DNA of 64,000 nt from Spirochaetota bacterium (lineage in GTDB: Bacteria; Spirochaetota; UBA4802; UBA5550), in the NCBI GenBank assembly GCA_016929135.1, contig JAFGJK010000013.1, forward strand, positions 285 to 64,284, written 5' to 3'. Each line of letters begins with the position of its first letter. Positions within the stretch are counted from its first letter, which is position 1. Under the pieces are notes generated by a model, which worked only from the letters and a program-made list of their open reading frames with translations, had not been told where the DNA came from and did no database searches. Of this stretch, positions 35,169-44,758 are shown in pieces. A program made the translations under genes and the position numbers.

Positions 35169-35208
35169 AAGGAGGACCCTCCCCCCCGGGGGAGCGTCCC
35201 AACGCCGG

Positions 35209-35233
35209 CGGCCCTTCCGGGCCGTTATTTCTT
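35209..35233 (+). terminator. Hairpin plus T-rich tail after the 34776..35168 gene
   Basis: cggccc-ttcc-gggccg is followed by ttatttctt. A longer imperfect GC hairpin (ggaccctccccc/gggggagcgtcc) lies just upstream at about 35174-35199. Confidence 0.45.
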
Positions 35234-36727
35234 CATCCCGGTAATCTGGTAGATGTCGATGGGCTTCGCCTTCCCCTTCACCCTGACCGGCTCGAGCTTC
35301 TTGCCCACGAACTTCCCCTTCGTGGCGGTGGAGAGCACGTTCTTGGAAACGATGATGGTGCCGGCGTCGGCCTGTGAGCAGAGCCGGGCCGACAGGTTCA
35401 CCGCATCGCCGATGGAGGTGTTGTCCATCCTGTCCCGCGAGCCCATGCGTCCGTGAACCACGTCGCCGCTGTGGATCCCTATACCCACCTCGACGGTGAT
35501 CTTGTTCTCCTTCATCCTCTTGTCGTTGAGCTTCTTGATCGAGTCGATGATCTCGATGGCGGAGGCGAAGGCGTGGTCCGCCTTCCCGGGACCGGAGAAG
35601 ACCGCCATGACCTCGTCGCCGACGAACTTGTCGATGTCGCCCTTGTTTTTCTTGATGATCTGCGCCTGGAGATCAAGGTACTCGTTCAGTATGCTCACCA
35701 CGTTTTCCGGCTCCAGCTTCTCCGACATGGCGGTGAATCCGCGGATATCCGAGAAGAGGAAGGCGAAATTCTGCCGCTTGCCGCCGAGCCCGATGTCGCC
35801 GCTCTTCGAATGCTCCCTGATCATGGAGATGGTCGATTCCGATACGAACTTCTGCATCTGCAGCTTCTCCCGCAGGTGGTTTATCAGGTTATTGAACTCG
35901 CCGCCGAGCTCGCCCAACTCGTCGTGCCTGTTGATGGAGAGCTCCACACCCAGGTCCCCGTCACGCACCCTGTGCATCCCCGACGAGAGCAGGTTGATCG
36001 GCTTTACCATGCCCCTGGCCACGAAGACGGAGATGGCAACCCCCCCGCAGAGGATCAGCACGCCCAGGATGATGATATAGAGCCGCATCCTGTTGACCGG
36101 ACCAAGGATCGACTCCTCGGTGAAGACCACCTCGATGACCCCCACCGGGACGTTGAAAAACTTGAAGGGCATGCGATAGCGGTAGCAGGGAATTGACTCC
36201 GAGTCCTTCTGGCAAACGATCCGCTCCTCCTGGAAGTCTCTCACGCCACGGATCTCTCCGTAGAGGTCCCTGGGTATCGGTCTGGCCCTCTTGGTCGCCA
36301 CGGTGTGGGCCGCATAGGCCTTCTCACGCTCCACCAGATTCCCGCTGATATCGTATACCGCGGCGTATTCGAAGCCGTCAATCTTGCTCTTGCTCAGGCC
36401 GCTGACGATGTCCTGGAGTATCACCGATCTCCTGAAGGTGCTCCGTTCTGCAGTGATGATCGATTCCGCCGAGGATATATTCCCGGCGATGGTCTGGCAG
36501 AGCTGGCGCGCCGAGCCCTTCAGCGCGGAGCTGGCCATGAGGGTGAAGATCACGCTGAGCAGCGCCACGATCACCACGGTGATCAGCGAAATGAGGACGG
36601 TCCATTTCAGGAGTATCCCCCCCTTGGCGGCCAGTCCCTTCAGGCCGGGGATGGTCTCTATGATCCGGTACACAATCCCGGTCTGTGAATCCCTCTGCGT
36701 GCTCTCTGAACCGTTATCGGTAGTCAT
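35225..36727 (-). CDS. Membrane HAMP / class III adenylate-guanylate cyclase
   Basis: Two TM helices with an intervening ectodomain, then HAMP (PINLLSSGMHRVRDGDLGVELSINRHDELGELGGEFNNL). Cyclase motifs: FAFLFSDIRGFTAMSE, FVGDEVMAVFSG, IGIHSGDVVHGRMGS, IGDAVNLSARL. Confidence 0.9.
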   Translation of the reverse strand: MTTDNGSESTQRDSQTGIVYRIIETIPGLKGLAAKGGILLKWTVLISLITVVIVALLSVIFTLMASSALKGSARQLCQTIAGNISSAESIITAERSTFRRSVILQDIVSGLSKSKIDGFEYAAVYDISGNLVEREKAYAAHTVATKRARPIPRDLYGEIRGVRDFQEERIVCQKDSESIPCYRYRMPFKFFNVPVGVIEVVFTEESILGPVNRMRLYIIILGVLILCGGVAISVFVARGMVKPINLLSSGMHRVRDGDLGVELSINRHDELGELGGEFNNLINHLREKLQMQKFVSESTISMIREHSKSGDIGLGGKRQNFAFLFSDIRGFTAMSEKLEPENVVSILNEYLDLQAQIIKKNKGDIDKFVGDEVMAVFSGPGKADHAFASAIEIIDSIKKLNDKRMKENKITVEVGIGIHSGDVVHGRMGSRDRMDNTSIGDAVNLSARLCSQADAGTIIVSKNVLSTATKGKFVGKKLEPVRVKGKAKPIDIYQITGMKK

Positions 36728-36893
36728 GGAGTTGACCTCTCGAATGAAAATAAGTGGAGATGACTATGAACCGGCGTCCCGTGAAATACAAATACTTTTT
36801 ATGGGGGATCGGAATTTTTCTCCCGGCCCGAGATGCCGCCGCACTGATTCCCCGCGTGAAAACGAAAAAAAATAAGCCCCTCAGGAAGAATGT

Positions 36894-36923
36894 TTGACCT
36901 TGTTGCCGCCATATGCATAGAAT
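36894..36923 (+). promoter_or_regulatory. Sigma70-type promoter for the 93-aa ORF
   Basis: TTGACC (36894-36899), an 18-nt spacer, then TAGAAT (36918-36923). Confidence 0.4.
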
Positions 36924-36964
36924 CGGCATATACCCTCGATATGGGGGAATAAGGAACAGCAACA

Positions 36965-37246
36965 ATGAGAGAAGTCAAAGAAGATCATAAGGTACTATTT
37001 AAAAATGCACTGTACGATGTTGTGGAATGCCTGATCAAGTACGAGGTATCGCACACGGCAAAGACTCTCATCAACCACTACTTCAACATGAGCGAATCCG
37101 AAGAGACGCTCAGCAGGGCAATCGAAGCCATCGAGAAATACACCCAGGAACAGATACCAACTCCGGAGAACAGAACGCCCCGCCTTTCGAGGCTTCTGGA
37201 CGAGCTGGCCTTTCGGGCGAAACGGTGGGACGCGGAGACCCCCTGA
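36965..37246 (+). CDS. Hypothetical protein (93 aa)
   Basis: Its own promoter-like signal and an aaggaa RBS. Acidic and helical. No recognised domain. Confidence 0.45.
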   Translation: MREVKEDHKVLFKNALYDVVECLIKYEVSHTAKTLINHYFNMSESEETLSRAIEAIEKYTQEQIPTPENRTPRLSRLLDELAFRAKRWDAETP

Positions 37247-37293
37247 CGCACCATCGAGGGGCTGCCGGCAGGCCCGATGGCTCTAAAATGTAA

Positions 37294-37332
37294 TTGACAG
37301 CCCCGCACCCGGCACGCACAATCTATGTGCGT
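37294..37332 (+). promoter_or_regulatory. Promoter-like signal with an overlapping 7-bp inverted repeat
   Basis: TTGACA (37294-37299), a 17-nt spacer, then CACAAT (37317-37322). acgcaca (37314-37320) and tgtgcgt (37326-37332) are exact reverse complements separated by a 5-nt spacer. Confidence 0.35.
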
Positions 37333-37358
37333 TCTCAGGTTGCGCGATATCAGCCGGC

Positions 37359-38591
37359 ATGCCGTGCATGGAGATCGACAACCCGGGCCCGGGGGAGCTG
37401 ACAGTGGACGATGATATCTTCAAGGACGATCTTTTCGGAGTGCCTCAGGAGGAGGAGACCCCCCCGGCGCCTGCTGAAGATCCGTACCGGGACTACTCGA
37501 GGGCGAAGACGCGATACTACAGGGACGTCCTCAGGATACAGGACAAGGACTTCATCCGGCTGCTCACAAAGGTGCCGGACGACTGGGATGAGTACGAGAG
37601 CCGCAGATCGAAGGACACCCTTACCATAGGCGAGGAGACGAAGCTCCGCCTCAGCGATATCAAGAAGATGAAATCCTGGGAGCTGAAATTCGAGAGCCTC
37701 TACGTCTATTTCATCGTCACCATGGAAAACACCCTTGTGGAATGCCTCAACTACCGGTCTGTGACGCCGGAGGTGATCGACGAGGGGATCGAATCGGTGA
37801 ACAGCATCATGGTGGAGATCGGGAGCGATCTCCTCAACTTCAAGAACCTCCTCCTGAGTCTGGCGAAGAGGTCGGTCAGCGATCTCTACTACCTGATGGT
37901 GGCCTATTACCGGTTCTTTAAAAGGATGTCCTACGCCATGGAACGGGAATTCGACGACTTCTGCAGGGACGCCCTGGCGATCATGGAGGACAACAGGCGC
38001 GTGGGAGACATCATCGCAGCCCTGCAGGATATCGAGACGATCATCACCCCCTTCTTCGACAGAAGCGCCCACCTGCTGGGATGGCGCCTCAACGAATTCT
38101 CCCTGAAGCAGTACATCGAGGGGAAGGGGAAGAGCGAGCTGATACGGCACGATCATCTGAAGAAGATTCTCACCATGGCCTACTCGCTGAAGATGAGGGT
38201 CCGGCGCGCCCACGATTTCCTCGCCTATTATTACAACGCCAAGGACGGCAAGCTCTACCGCTACAACTACATCATCTCAGAGCTGGACAGAAAATACCGC
38301 AACGGGAAGGTGCCCTCCGAGGCCATCGAGGGCTTCAGGGAAATCCACGGCCATTTCAGGCGGGTGGCGGAGACGTTCCATTCAAACGGCCTGGACGGCT
38401 TCGGCCCCGGGATCTACACCTACGAGCGGCTGCTGGAATTCATACACAAATGCGGCAAGGTGCTGGAATTCATCTACCTGCGCTCCATGATGTACAACGA
38501 CCTGAACGACATCCGTGCAAGCATCCTCCGGCGTTGCGACGACGAACTCATAAGGATCCACGACCTGAAGACGAAATACAGGAGGAAGTGA
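37359..38591 (+). CDS. Hypothetical cytoplasmic protein (410 aa)
   Basis: Acidic, disordered-looking N-terminus, then a long helical region rich in Y/R/K/E. I recognise no domain. The opposite-strand ORF 37350..38213 looks like a shadow. Confidence 0.6.
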   Translation: MPCMEIDNPGPGELTVDDDIFKDDLFGVPQEEETPPAPAEDPYRDYSRAKTRYYRDVLRIQDKDFIRLLTKVPDDWDEYESRRSKDTLTIGEETKLRLSDIKKMKSWELKFESLYVYFIVTMENTLVECLNYRSVTPEVIDEGIESVNSIMVEIGSDLLNFKNLLLSLAKRSVSDLYYLMVAYYRFFKRMSYAMEREFDDFCRDALAIMEDNRRVGDIIAALQDIETIITPFFDRSAHLLGWRLNEFSLKQYIEGKGKSELIRHDHLKKILTMAYSLKMRVRRAHDFLAYYYNAKDGKLYRYNYIISELDRKYRNGKVPSEAIEGFREIHGHFRRVAETFHSNGLDGFGPGIYTYERLLEFIHKCGKVLEFIYLRSMMYNDLNDIRASILRRCDDELIRIHDLKTKYRRK

Positions 38592-38596
38592 CCCCT

Positions 38597-40492
38597 TCAG
38601 CCCCGCCCCCCGAGATCCCGCAGCATCTCCAGGAACGACGCGCCCAGGACCGGGTCGAACATCTTCCCGCCGTTTTCACTCATGAACTCCACCGCATCGG
38701 CGGGATCCATCCCCTTACGGTAGGGCCGGTCGGCCGTGATGGCGTCGTAGACGTCGGCGAGGCTGATGAGCCTGCCGTTGAGGGGGATCTCGTCCCCCCT
38801 GAGCCCCAGGGGATACCCGCCGCCGTCCCATCGCTCGTGGTGATAGAGAATGCCGGGCACGATGTTCCCGTAGGAAGGGATGTCGTAGATGATCTCGGCG
38901 CCCACCGAGGGGTGCTGCATGATCACCTCGTACTCCTCCCTGGTGAGCAGCGACGGCTTGTCCAGTATGAATTCCGGAACCGCGATCTTGCCGATGTCGT
39001 GCAGGATCGCCGAGAAGGTCAGGGTCCGCAGCTCCTTCTCGCCGAAACCGATCCGCATCGCCAGCCCCTCCGCCAGGCGGGCCACCCGTTCGCTGTGACC
39101 GGCGGTCCACTTCGACTTTGCGTCTATCGACTTGGTGAGGGCCAGCATGATCCCCAGCAGGATGTTCTCCTTCTCCTCGAAGGCCTTTACGCTCTGCAGG
39201 GCCACGCCTGTCTGGTCGGCCAGCATCGTGACGGTCGTCACCTCCTCGTCGGTGAAGCCGGTGGTCTCAGCCTTGATCATCAGGAGCGATCCCAGGTAGA
39301 CGTCCGATATGACGATCGGCACGTTCAGGAGGGAGCCCGTCTCCATATCCAGGAACTTCTTTACGAACTGCGGCGACCGCTCCGGATGGCGCAGGATCAT
39401 CTGCGAGAGGGTGCGCGCCCCCTGCACGAAGTCCCCGCCGATCATCAGGTCCGGGACGAAGGGCTCACGCTCCAGCATCCCCCTCCCGCCGCCGCGGTAG
39501 AAATTCAGGATATCGAAGCCGCCCCGCTCCTGGTTCCTGAGCACCATGGCGATGGAGCCGGTGGGGAAGAGCGAGGAAACGATACCCACCACACGGTCCA
39601 GGAGGTCGGTGCGGGATATCGACGAGAGCACCGCCTTGTCGATCCTGTTCATGGCCTCCATTGCCTTCATGCGGCGCTCGATCTCACCGACATCGTTCCT
39701 GATGCGTCCGGTCATCTGGTTCAGCGAATCAGCCAGCACCCCGATCTCGTCGCTTCGCCGCACCGTGAACTGTATCTCCAGATCTCCCGAGGCGGCCTTG
39801 GATGCCTCGTCGGAGAGGCGATGGATCGGCCGCGATATCCGCACCGCGAAGAGCTTTCCCAGCAGCGCGGAGAATACCACCAGCACCACCCCGAAGAGGC
39901 TCACGATGTTTCGGTTCCGCCGTATGAAGCCGTAGACCCCCTCGCGGTTCGCGTCGATCTCCAGCACGTGATGCCTCCCCGACCGTTCCGGGCTCAGCCC
40001 GATCATCATGGTGACGGTGTCGCTCCGGCCGTAATAGAAGTCGGAGGACTTCACCAGCCTCTTGCGGAGCGCCTCGCGCAGCTGCGGCACCTTCTCCGGC
40101 TCCGCCGGCCGCGCCCTGAAATAGTTCGCCCCGTCCAGGTAGATGCGCCGCCAGGCGCCGTCCTTCGCGTCGTGGATGTAATACCGGAAGGATACACTGG
40201 TGCGGCTCTTGGCGATGAGCCTGTTCACCAGGCGCACGGTTTCCGCCAGGTCGTCGTGCCGTTTGTTGAGAATCCTCGGAACGAAGTCCTCCTTCTCGGA
40301 GCCGGCGATGTCCCTGGTGAGGGTCATGAGGGTGTCCACCGCCAGATGCAGGTACTCGTGGGTGGTGATGACGGTGACCATGAGAAAGGTGAAGTATCCC
40401 ACGACGATGCCGAAGACGATAAAATAGAGGGTGAGGCGAAGGCTCAGGGTGAACCTGACTTGCCGAGGGATGAATTTTCTTACAGGATTCAT
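38597..40492 (-). CDS. Membrane HAMP / GAF / HD-GYP protein (putative c-di-GMP phosphodiesterase)
   Basis: ATG at 40492 (MNPVRKFIP). Two TM helices, then HAMP (PIHRLSDEASKAASGDLEIQFTVRRSDEIGVLADSLNQM) and a GAF-like region. HD-GYP motifs: HSERVARLAEGLA, ILHDIGKIAVPEFIL, HHERWDGGGYPLGL, ADVYDAITADRPYR. Confidence 0.85.
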   Translation of the reverse strand: MNPVRKFIPRQVRFTLSLRLTLYFIVFGIVVGYFTFLMVTVITTHEYLHLAVDTLMTLTRDIAGSEKEDFVPRILNKRHDDLAETVRLVNRLIAKSRTSVSFRYYIHDAKDGAWRRIYLDGANYFRARPAEPEKVPQLREALRKRLVKSSDFYYGRSDTVTMMIGLSPERSGRHHVLEIDANREGVYGFIRRNRNIVSLFGVVLVVFSALLGKLFAVRISRPIHRLSDEASKAASGDLEIQFTVRRSDEIGVLADSLNQMTGRIRNDVGEIERRMKAMEAMNRIDKAVLSSISRTDLLDRVVGIVSSLFPTGSIAMVLRNQERGGFDILNFYRGGGRGMLEREPFVPDLMIGGDFVQGARTLSQMILRHPERSPQFVKKFLDMETGSLLNVPIVISDVYLGSLLMIKAETTGFTDEEVTTVTMLADQTGVALQSVKAFEEKENILLGIMLALTKSIDAKSKWTAGHSERVARLAEGLAMRIGFGEKELRTLTFSAILHDIGKIAVPEFILDKPSLLTREEYEVIMQHPSVGAEIIYDIPSYGNIVPGILYHHERWDGGGYPLGLRGDEIPLNGRLISLADVYDAITADRPYRKGMDPADAVEFMSENGGKMFDPVLGASFLEMLRDLGGRG

Positions 40493-40696
40493 GGCACCCA
40501 CGGCGGCAGGATACGGGTACCGCGGGAATTGGCAATAAAAAAACAGTCCCCCTCCCCAAAATACGGGCCCGGCTAATCCGCGAACAACTTTTTTTTCTCC
40601 CCCTGCTGGCATGATGCGCCGCAGTGGCTATATTAATAGCATACGTGTTTTCATCCGCGGCTGTACGCTGAATACCGAATCAAGGGGGGAGGAACG

Positions 40697-42433
40697 ATGG
40701 CGCTATCGGGGGGTGATATAATCGGCGGGATTCTGAAGGACCGGGAGATCCGATGGGTCTTCACCCTCTGCGGCGGTCACATCTCCCCCATACTCACCGG
40801 CGCAGAACGGCAGGGGATCCGCGTGATCGACATGCGGCACGAGGCCGCGGCGGTCTTCGCGGCCGACGCCACGGCGCGGCTTACCGGCCTCCCGGGCGTT
40901 GCGGCGGTCACCGCCGGACCCGGCGTCACCAACACGGTGACGGCGCTGAAGAACGCCCAGATGGCCCAGTCACCGGTGGTGGTTCTGGGGGGCGCTGCCG
41001 CAACGGTCCTGCGGGGACGGGGATCGCTCCAGGACATCGACCAGCGGGGCCTCCTGCGATCCGTGGTGAAGAGGACCTTCACCCTGCGGCGCAGCTGCGA
41101 CATCGTCCCCGTCATGGAGCACGCCTTCGATACTGCGGTCTCCGGCGTGCCTGGCCCGGTATTCGTTGAATGCCCCATAGACATGCTCTACGAGGAGGCC
41201 CTGGTTCGCCGCTGGTACGGCGCCGCGACGGTGGGGGGCGGGACCCTCAGGTCTCGTCTCCTTCAGTGGTACCTGAACCGCCACGTGGACCGGATGTACT
41301 CCTGCGACTTCGAGGCCGTGACACCGGGGCATGCCCCTCCCAGGATCCCCGGAGCGGGGGGCGCTTCCGTCGTCCGGGCGCTGAAGATGATGGGCCGGAG
41401 CAGGAGGCCTCTGCTGGTGATGGGGAGCCAGTCGATGCTCGCTCCCCGCGAAGCGCCGCGTCTCGCCGCCGCTGTCGAGCGGCTGGGCATGCCGGTATAC
41501 CTCGCCGGCATGGCCAGGGGGCTCCTGGGCAGGGATCACCCCCTGCAGATGCGCCACCGACGTCGCGAGGCCCTCCGCGAGGCGGACCTCCTCCTCCTGG
41601 CGGGCATGCCCATGGACTTCAGACTCGATTACGGCCGCGCCGCGGGCCCCGAAACAGAGATCATCGCCGTGAACCGGAGCCCCCGCGACCTGTATCTGAA
41701 CCGGCATCCCCGCCTGGCGGTGCACGGCGATCCCGGCCTCTTCCTCCATGCCCTGGCCGGCACCTCGGCGGGCCCGGCGGCGGCGTGGCAGCCCTGGATC
41801 GGCACGCTCCGCGACCGGGACAGGGAACGCGACGATGAGATACTCTCGGCCGCGAAGAAACGGAGGAGGCCCATGAATCCCCTGGATCTGCTCGTCAGGG
41901 TCGAGCAGTCGCTGGGTGAGCGGGCGGTCATCGTGGCAGACGGCGGGGACTTCGCCGCCACGGCCTCCTACATCCTGCGCCCCCGGTCCCCCCTCTCCTG
42001 GCTCGATCCGGGGCCCTACGGCACGCTGGGTGTCGGTGCCGGCTTCGCCGTGGGGGCGAAGCTCTGCAGGCCCGATGCCGAGGTGCTGCTCCTCTACGGC
42101 GACGGCGCCGCCGGCTACAGCCTGCAGGAATTCGACACCCTCGCCCGGCACGGTCTGGGCATCGTGGCCCTCGTGGGCAATGACGCCTCCTGGAGCCAGA
42201 TCGCCCGTGACCAAATGGAATTCCTGGGCAGCGACATCGCCACGCGCCTGGCATACAGCGACTACGATTCCGTGGCGGAGGGTTTCGGCGGCAGGGGGTT
42301 CATCCTGCGCGATGCCGGCAGCGCCCCCCGGATCCTCCGCAGTGCCTTCAGGCTGGCCGCGAAGGGCATCCCGGTCCTGGTGAACGCCCTGATCGGTCAC
42401 TCCGATTTCCGGAAGGGGTCCATCTCCATGTGA
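40697..42433 (+). CDS. Thiamine-pyrophosphate-dependent enzyme (acetolactate synthase / oxalyl-CoA decarboxylase-like)
   Basis: N-terminal TPP_enzyme_N pattern ([41 protein letters not shown]). C-terminal TPP-binding motif [35 protein letters not shown] ggggggagg. Confidence 0.8.
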   Translation: MALSGGDIIGGILKDREIRWVFTLCGGHISPILTGAERQGIRVIDMRHEAAAVFAADATARLTGLPGVAAVTAGPGVTNTVTALKNAQMAQSPVVVLGGAAATVLRGRGSLQDIDQRGLLRSVVKRTFTLRRSCDIVPVMEHAFDTAVSGVPGPVFVECPIDMLYEEALVRRWYGAATVGGGTLRSRLLQWYLNRHVDRMYSCDFEAVTPGHAPPRIPGAGGASVVRALKMMGRSRRPLLVMGSQSMLAPREAPRLAAAVERLGMPVYLAGMARGLLGRDHPLQMRHRRREALREADLLLLAGMPMDFRLDYGRAAGPETEIIAVNRSPRDLYLNRHPRLAVHGDPGLFLHALAGTSAGPAAAWQPWIGTLRDRDRERDDEILSAAKKRRRPMNPLDLLVRVEQSLGERAVIVADGGDFAATASYILRPRSPLSWLDPGPYGTLGVGAGFAVGAKLCRPDAEVLLLYGDGAAGYSLQEFDTLARHGLGIVALVGNDASWSQIARDQMEFLGSDIATRLAYSDYDSVAEGFGGRGFILRDAGSAPRILRSAFRLAAKGIPVLVNALIGHSDFRKGSISM

Positions 42434-42508
42434 CGGGACTCCTCCCGCTCCGCCGTTGTTCCGGAACAAAGAGTGGACAATTTTCCCCGCCCGTGCTACC
42501 GCTGTCCC

Positions 42509-43264
42509 ATGCGGTACGCGGTGATATCGGACCTCCACATGGGGAGCGAGGAGTTCGAGCAGAACCTCCGCGGCTTCGAGCGGTTCCTGGACCACCTGGA
42601 GCGCCGGCACGACGAGATCATACTCCTGGGGGACGTCTTCGAGACCTACTACCCGGTGTTCCCCTGGGGCGCCCTCGGGGAGTACCGGAGGCATCGGCGG
42701 CGCTACGATTCCATCGCCTCCCGCTTCTTCTCCCCCCCCTACGCCCTCCTCTCGGGCAACCACGACGCGGTCCTGGGCCGCAGGCTCGGCGTCCCCCACG
42801 AGACCGAACGCCGGCACGGCCCCCTGAGGATCCTCTTCACCCACGGGCACCTGTACGAGAGGACCTTCAGAAACCCCCTCTTCGCCAGGTTCGCCGAGAC
42901 CTACATGTGGCTGGGCTACCGGCTGAAAAAACTGGGCCTCCCGGGCCTCTACGAGGCCGGGTTCCGCTACGACCACGAGATGAATGTCAGGGACGGCGGA
43001 ATGAAGTACATCCGCGGGGCCCGGGAGGCCATGGCGCGCCACAGCTACGACATCGTGGTGACCGCCCACACCCACGACGAGAAATACCTGGTCTTCGACG
43101 ACGGCAGGGTGTACCTGAACTGCGGCGACTGCATGACCAGGAAGATGTACGCGGCCATCGATACGGAGCGGCGGGACTGCTCGCTGAACTACTACGACGA
43201 CGGCCGCGTCACCACGCTGCGGGAGGCGCGCCCCTGGCCGGCATGCGGCGAGGCGGCCCCGTGA
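42509..43264 (+). CDS. Calcineurin-like metallophosphoesterase (LpxH-like)
   Basis: MRYAVISDLHMG, ILLGDVFE, LSGNHD, FTHGH, TAHTH are the ordered phosphoesterase motifs D-x-H / GD / GNH / H / H-x-H. Confidence 0.8.
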   Translation: MRYAVISDLHMGSEEFEQNLRGFERFLDHLERRHDEIILLGDVFETYYPVFPWGALGEYRRHRRRYDSIASRFFSPPYALLSGNHDAVLGRRLGVPHETERRHGPLRILFTHGHLYERTFRNPLFARFAETYMWLGYRLKKLGLPGLYEAGFRYDHEMNVRDGGMKYIRGAREAMARHSYDIVVTAHTHDEKYLVFDDGRVYLNCGDCMTRKMYAAIDTERRDCSLNYYDDGRVTTLREARPWPACGEAAP

Positions 43265-43265
43265 T

Positions 43266-44645
43266 TCACAGGAGCGTGCCGCGGAGGATCACGGCCGAGA
43301 TGGTGAAGTAGATGACCAGCCCGGTCACGTCCACCACCGTGGCCACCAGCGGCGCCGACGATGAGGCGGGGTCGAACCCCAGCCGCCGCAGCAGGAAGGG
43401 GAGCATGGAACCGGTGATGGTGCCGAGCATGACGACCCCCATCAGCGAAAAGGCCACGGAAACAGCGATGAGAAGCCAGTGCGGTCCGTAGAGATCGGTG
43501 AACATCGACCAGAGGGATATCCGCATGAAGCCGATCATGCCGAGTACCGAGCCGAGCACCAGGCCCGATACGAGCTCCCGCCGCATGACGAACCACCAGT
43601 CCCTCAGCGTCACCTCCCCCAGCGACATGGCCCTGATGATGATCGTCGCCGCCTGGGAGCCGGTATTGCCGCCGCTGGAGATGATGAGCGGCACGAAGAG
43701 CGCCAGCACCACGGCCCTGGCGATCTCCCTCTCGAAGAACCCCATGGCCGAGGCGGTGAGCATCTCGCCGAAAAAGAGGAGGACGAGCCATCCGATGCGG
43801 TGCCGGATCATCTCCCAGAGAGAGGTGGACCGGTAGGGATATCCCAGCACCTCGACACCGCCAAACCTGTGGATATCCTCCGTATGCTCCTGTTCCACGA
43901 CGTCCAGGACGTCATCCACCGTGACGATGCCGATAAGGTAGCCCCCGGAATCAACGACCGGGAGCGCCACGCGGTCGTATTTTTCGAAGAGCTCCACCGC
44001 CATCTGCTCGTCCTCGGTGGCGGTGAGGCTGATGAAGGTCCGGTCCATGATCTCGGCCACCGTCCGTTCAGGAGGCGACAGGAGGAACTCGTTGATGCGG
44101 ATGTCATCGATCAGCAGGCCGCGCTCATCCACCACAAAGATGATGCTGAGCGATTCGGTGTCCTTCCCGTTGCTGCGTATGAAATCCATCACCTCCCGGA
44201 CCGTCCACTCCTCCCGCACGGCAATGTAATCGGGGGTCATCAGGCGCCCCACGCTGTCCCTGGGGTAGCCCAGGAGGGTCAGGGCCACCGAGCGCTCCTC
44301 GGCGGAGAGCAGGCTCAGGAGCTGTTTCGTCGTGGGGCCAGGCAGCTCCTCCAGGAGGGCCGTCCTGTCGTCGGGGGACATCCCGTTCAGGATCGATGCC
44401 ACCTCCCCCCGTCCCAGGGACCGCAGCAGCTCCTTCTGCAGCTCCAGGTCCAGGTATTCGAACACATCGGCCAGCATCCCGGGAGGCAGGATGCGGAACA
44501 CCACAGACTGCTCGATCGGCGGCAGGTCCTCGATCAGCTCGGCCAGGTCGCTGGGATGCCAATCCCCCAGGGAATCCCGCAGTACGGCGAACTGGTTGTT
44601 TTTGATGAGCTCACTTATTTCCGGCAGTATCAGTTTTCCAATCAT
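43266..44645 (-). CDS. mgtE: Magnesium transporter MgtE
   Basis: N-domain (HPSDLAELIEDLP), tandem CBS domains, and C-terminal TM domain motifs (PLIISSGGNTGSQAATIIIRA, ASSSAPLVATVVDVTGLVIYF). Confidence 0.9.
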   Translation of the reverse strand: MIGKLILPEISELIKNNQFAVLRDSLGDWHPSDLAELIEDLPPIEQSVVFRILPPGMLADVFEYLDLELQKELLRSLGRGEVASILNGMSPDDRTALLEELPGPTTKQLLSLLSAEERSVALTLLGYPRDSVGRLMTPDYIAVREEWTVREVMDFIRSNGKDTESLSIIFVVDERGLLIDDIRINEFLLSPPERTVAEIMDRTFISLTATEDEQMAVELFEKYDRVALPVVDSGGYLIGIVTVDDVLDVVEQEHTEDIHRFGGVEVLGYPYRSTSLWEMIRHRIGWLVLLFFGEMLTASAMGFFEREIARAVVLALFVPLIISSGGNTGSQAATIIIRAMSLGEVTLRDWWFVMRRELVSGLVLGSVLGMIGFMRISLWSMFTDLYGPHWLLIAVSVAFSLMGVVMLGTITGSMLPFLLRRLGFDPASSSAPLVATVVDVTGLVIYFTISAVILRGTLL

Positions 44646-44758
44646 CGTGCATATCCCGTCCTAGAATTGACCTGCGGTGACACAGGCGGAAGAGGCAGTC
44701 AAAACGCATCGGGCGCCTCTCCCGGGTATGGCGATCACGCCGCCGGAGGGGGCGCCCC

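Noticed and set aside
40590-40650. Sigma54-type TGGCA-N-GC signal upstream of the TPP-enzyme gene
   Set aside because: In ctggcatgatgcgccgcag the GG-to-GC spacing is off by one from the -24/-12 consensus. A weak sigma70 reading (CTGGCA-17-TATATT) is equally possible. Neither is convincing.
38081-43075. 831-aa plus ORF (38081..40576) and 701-aa minus ORF (40970..43075)
   Set aside because: They are antisense to the HD-GYP gene and to the TPP-enzyme and phosphoesterase genes respectively. Neither has recognisable motifs, and both have R/P/G/H-rich composition.
44646-44758. M-box (Mg) riboswitch upstream of mgtE
   Set aside because: The intergenic region is only about 113 nt, shorter than an M-box aptamer plus expression platform. 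I could not recognise the conserved M-box helices.
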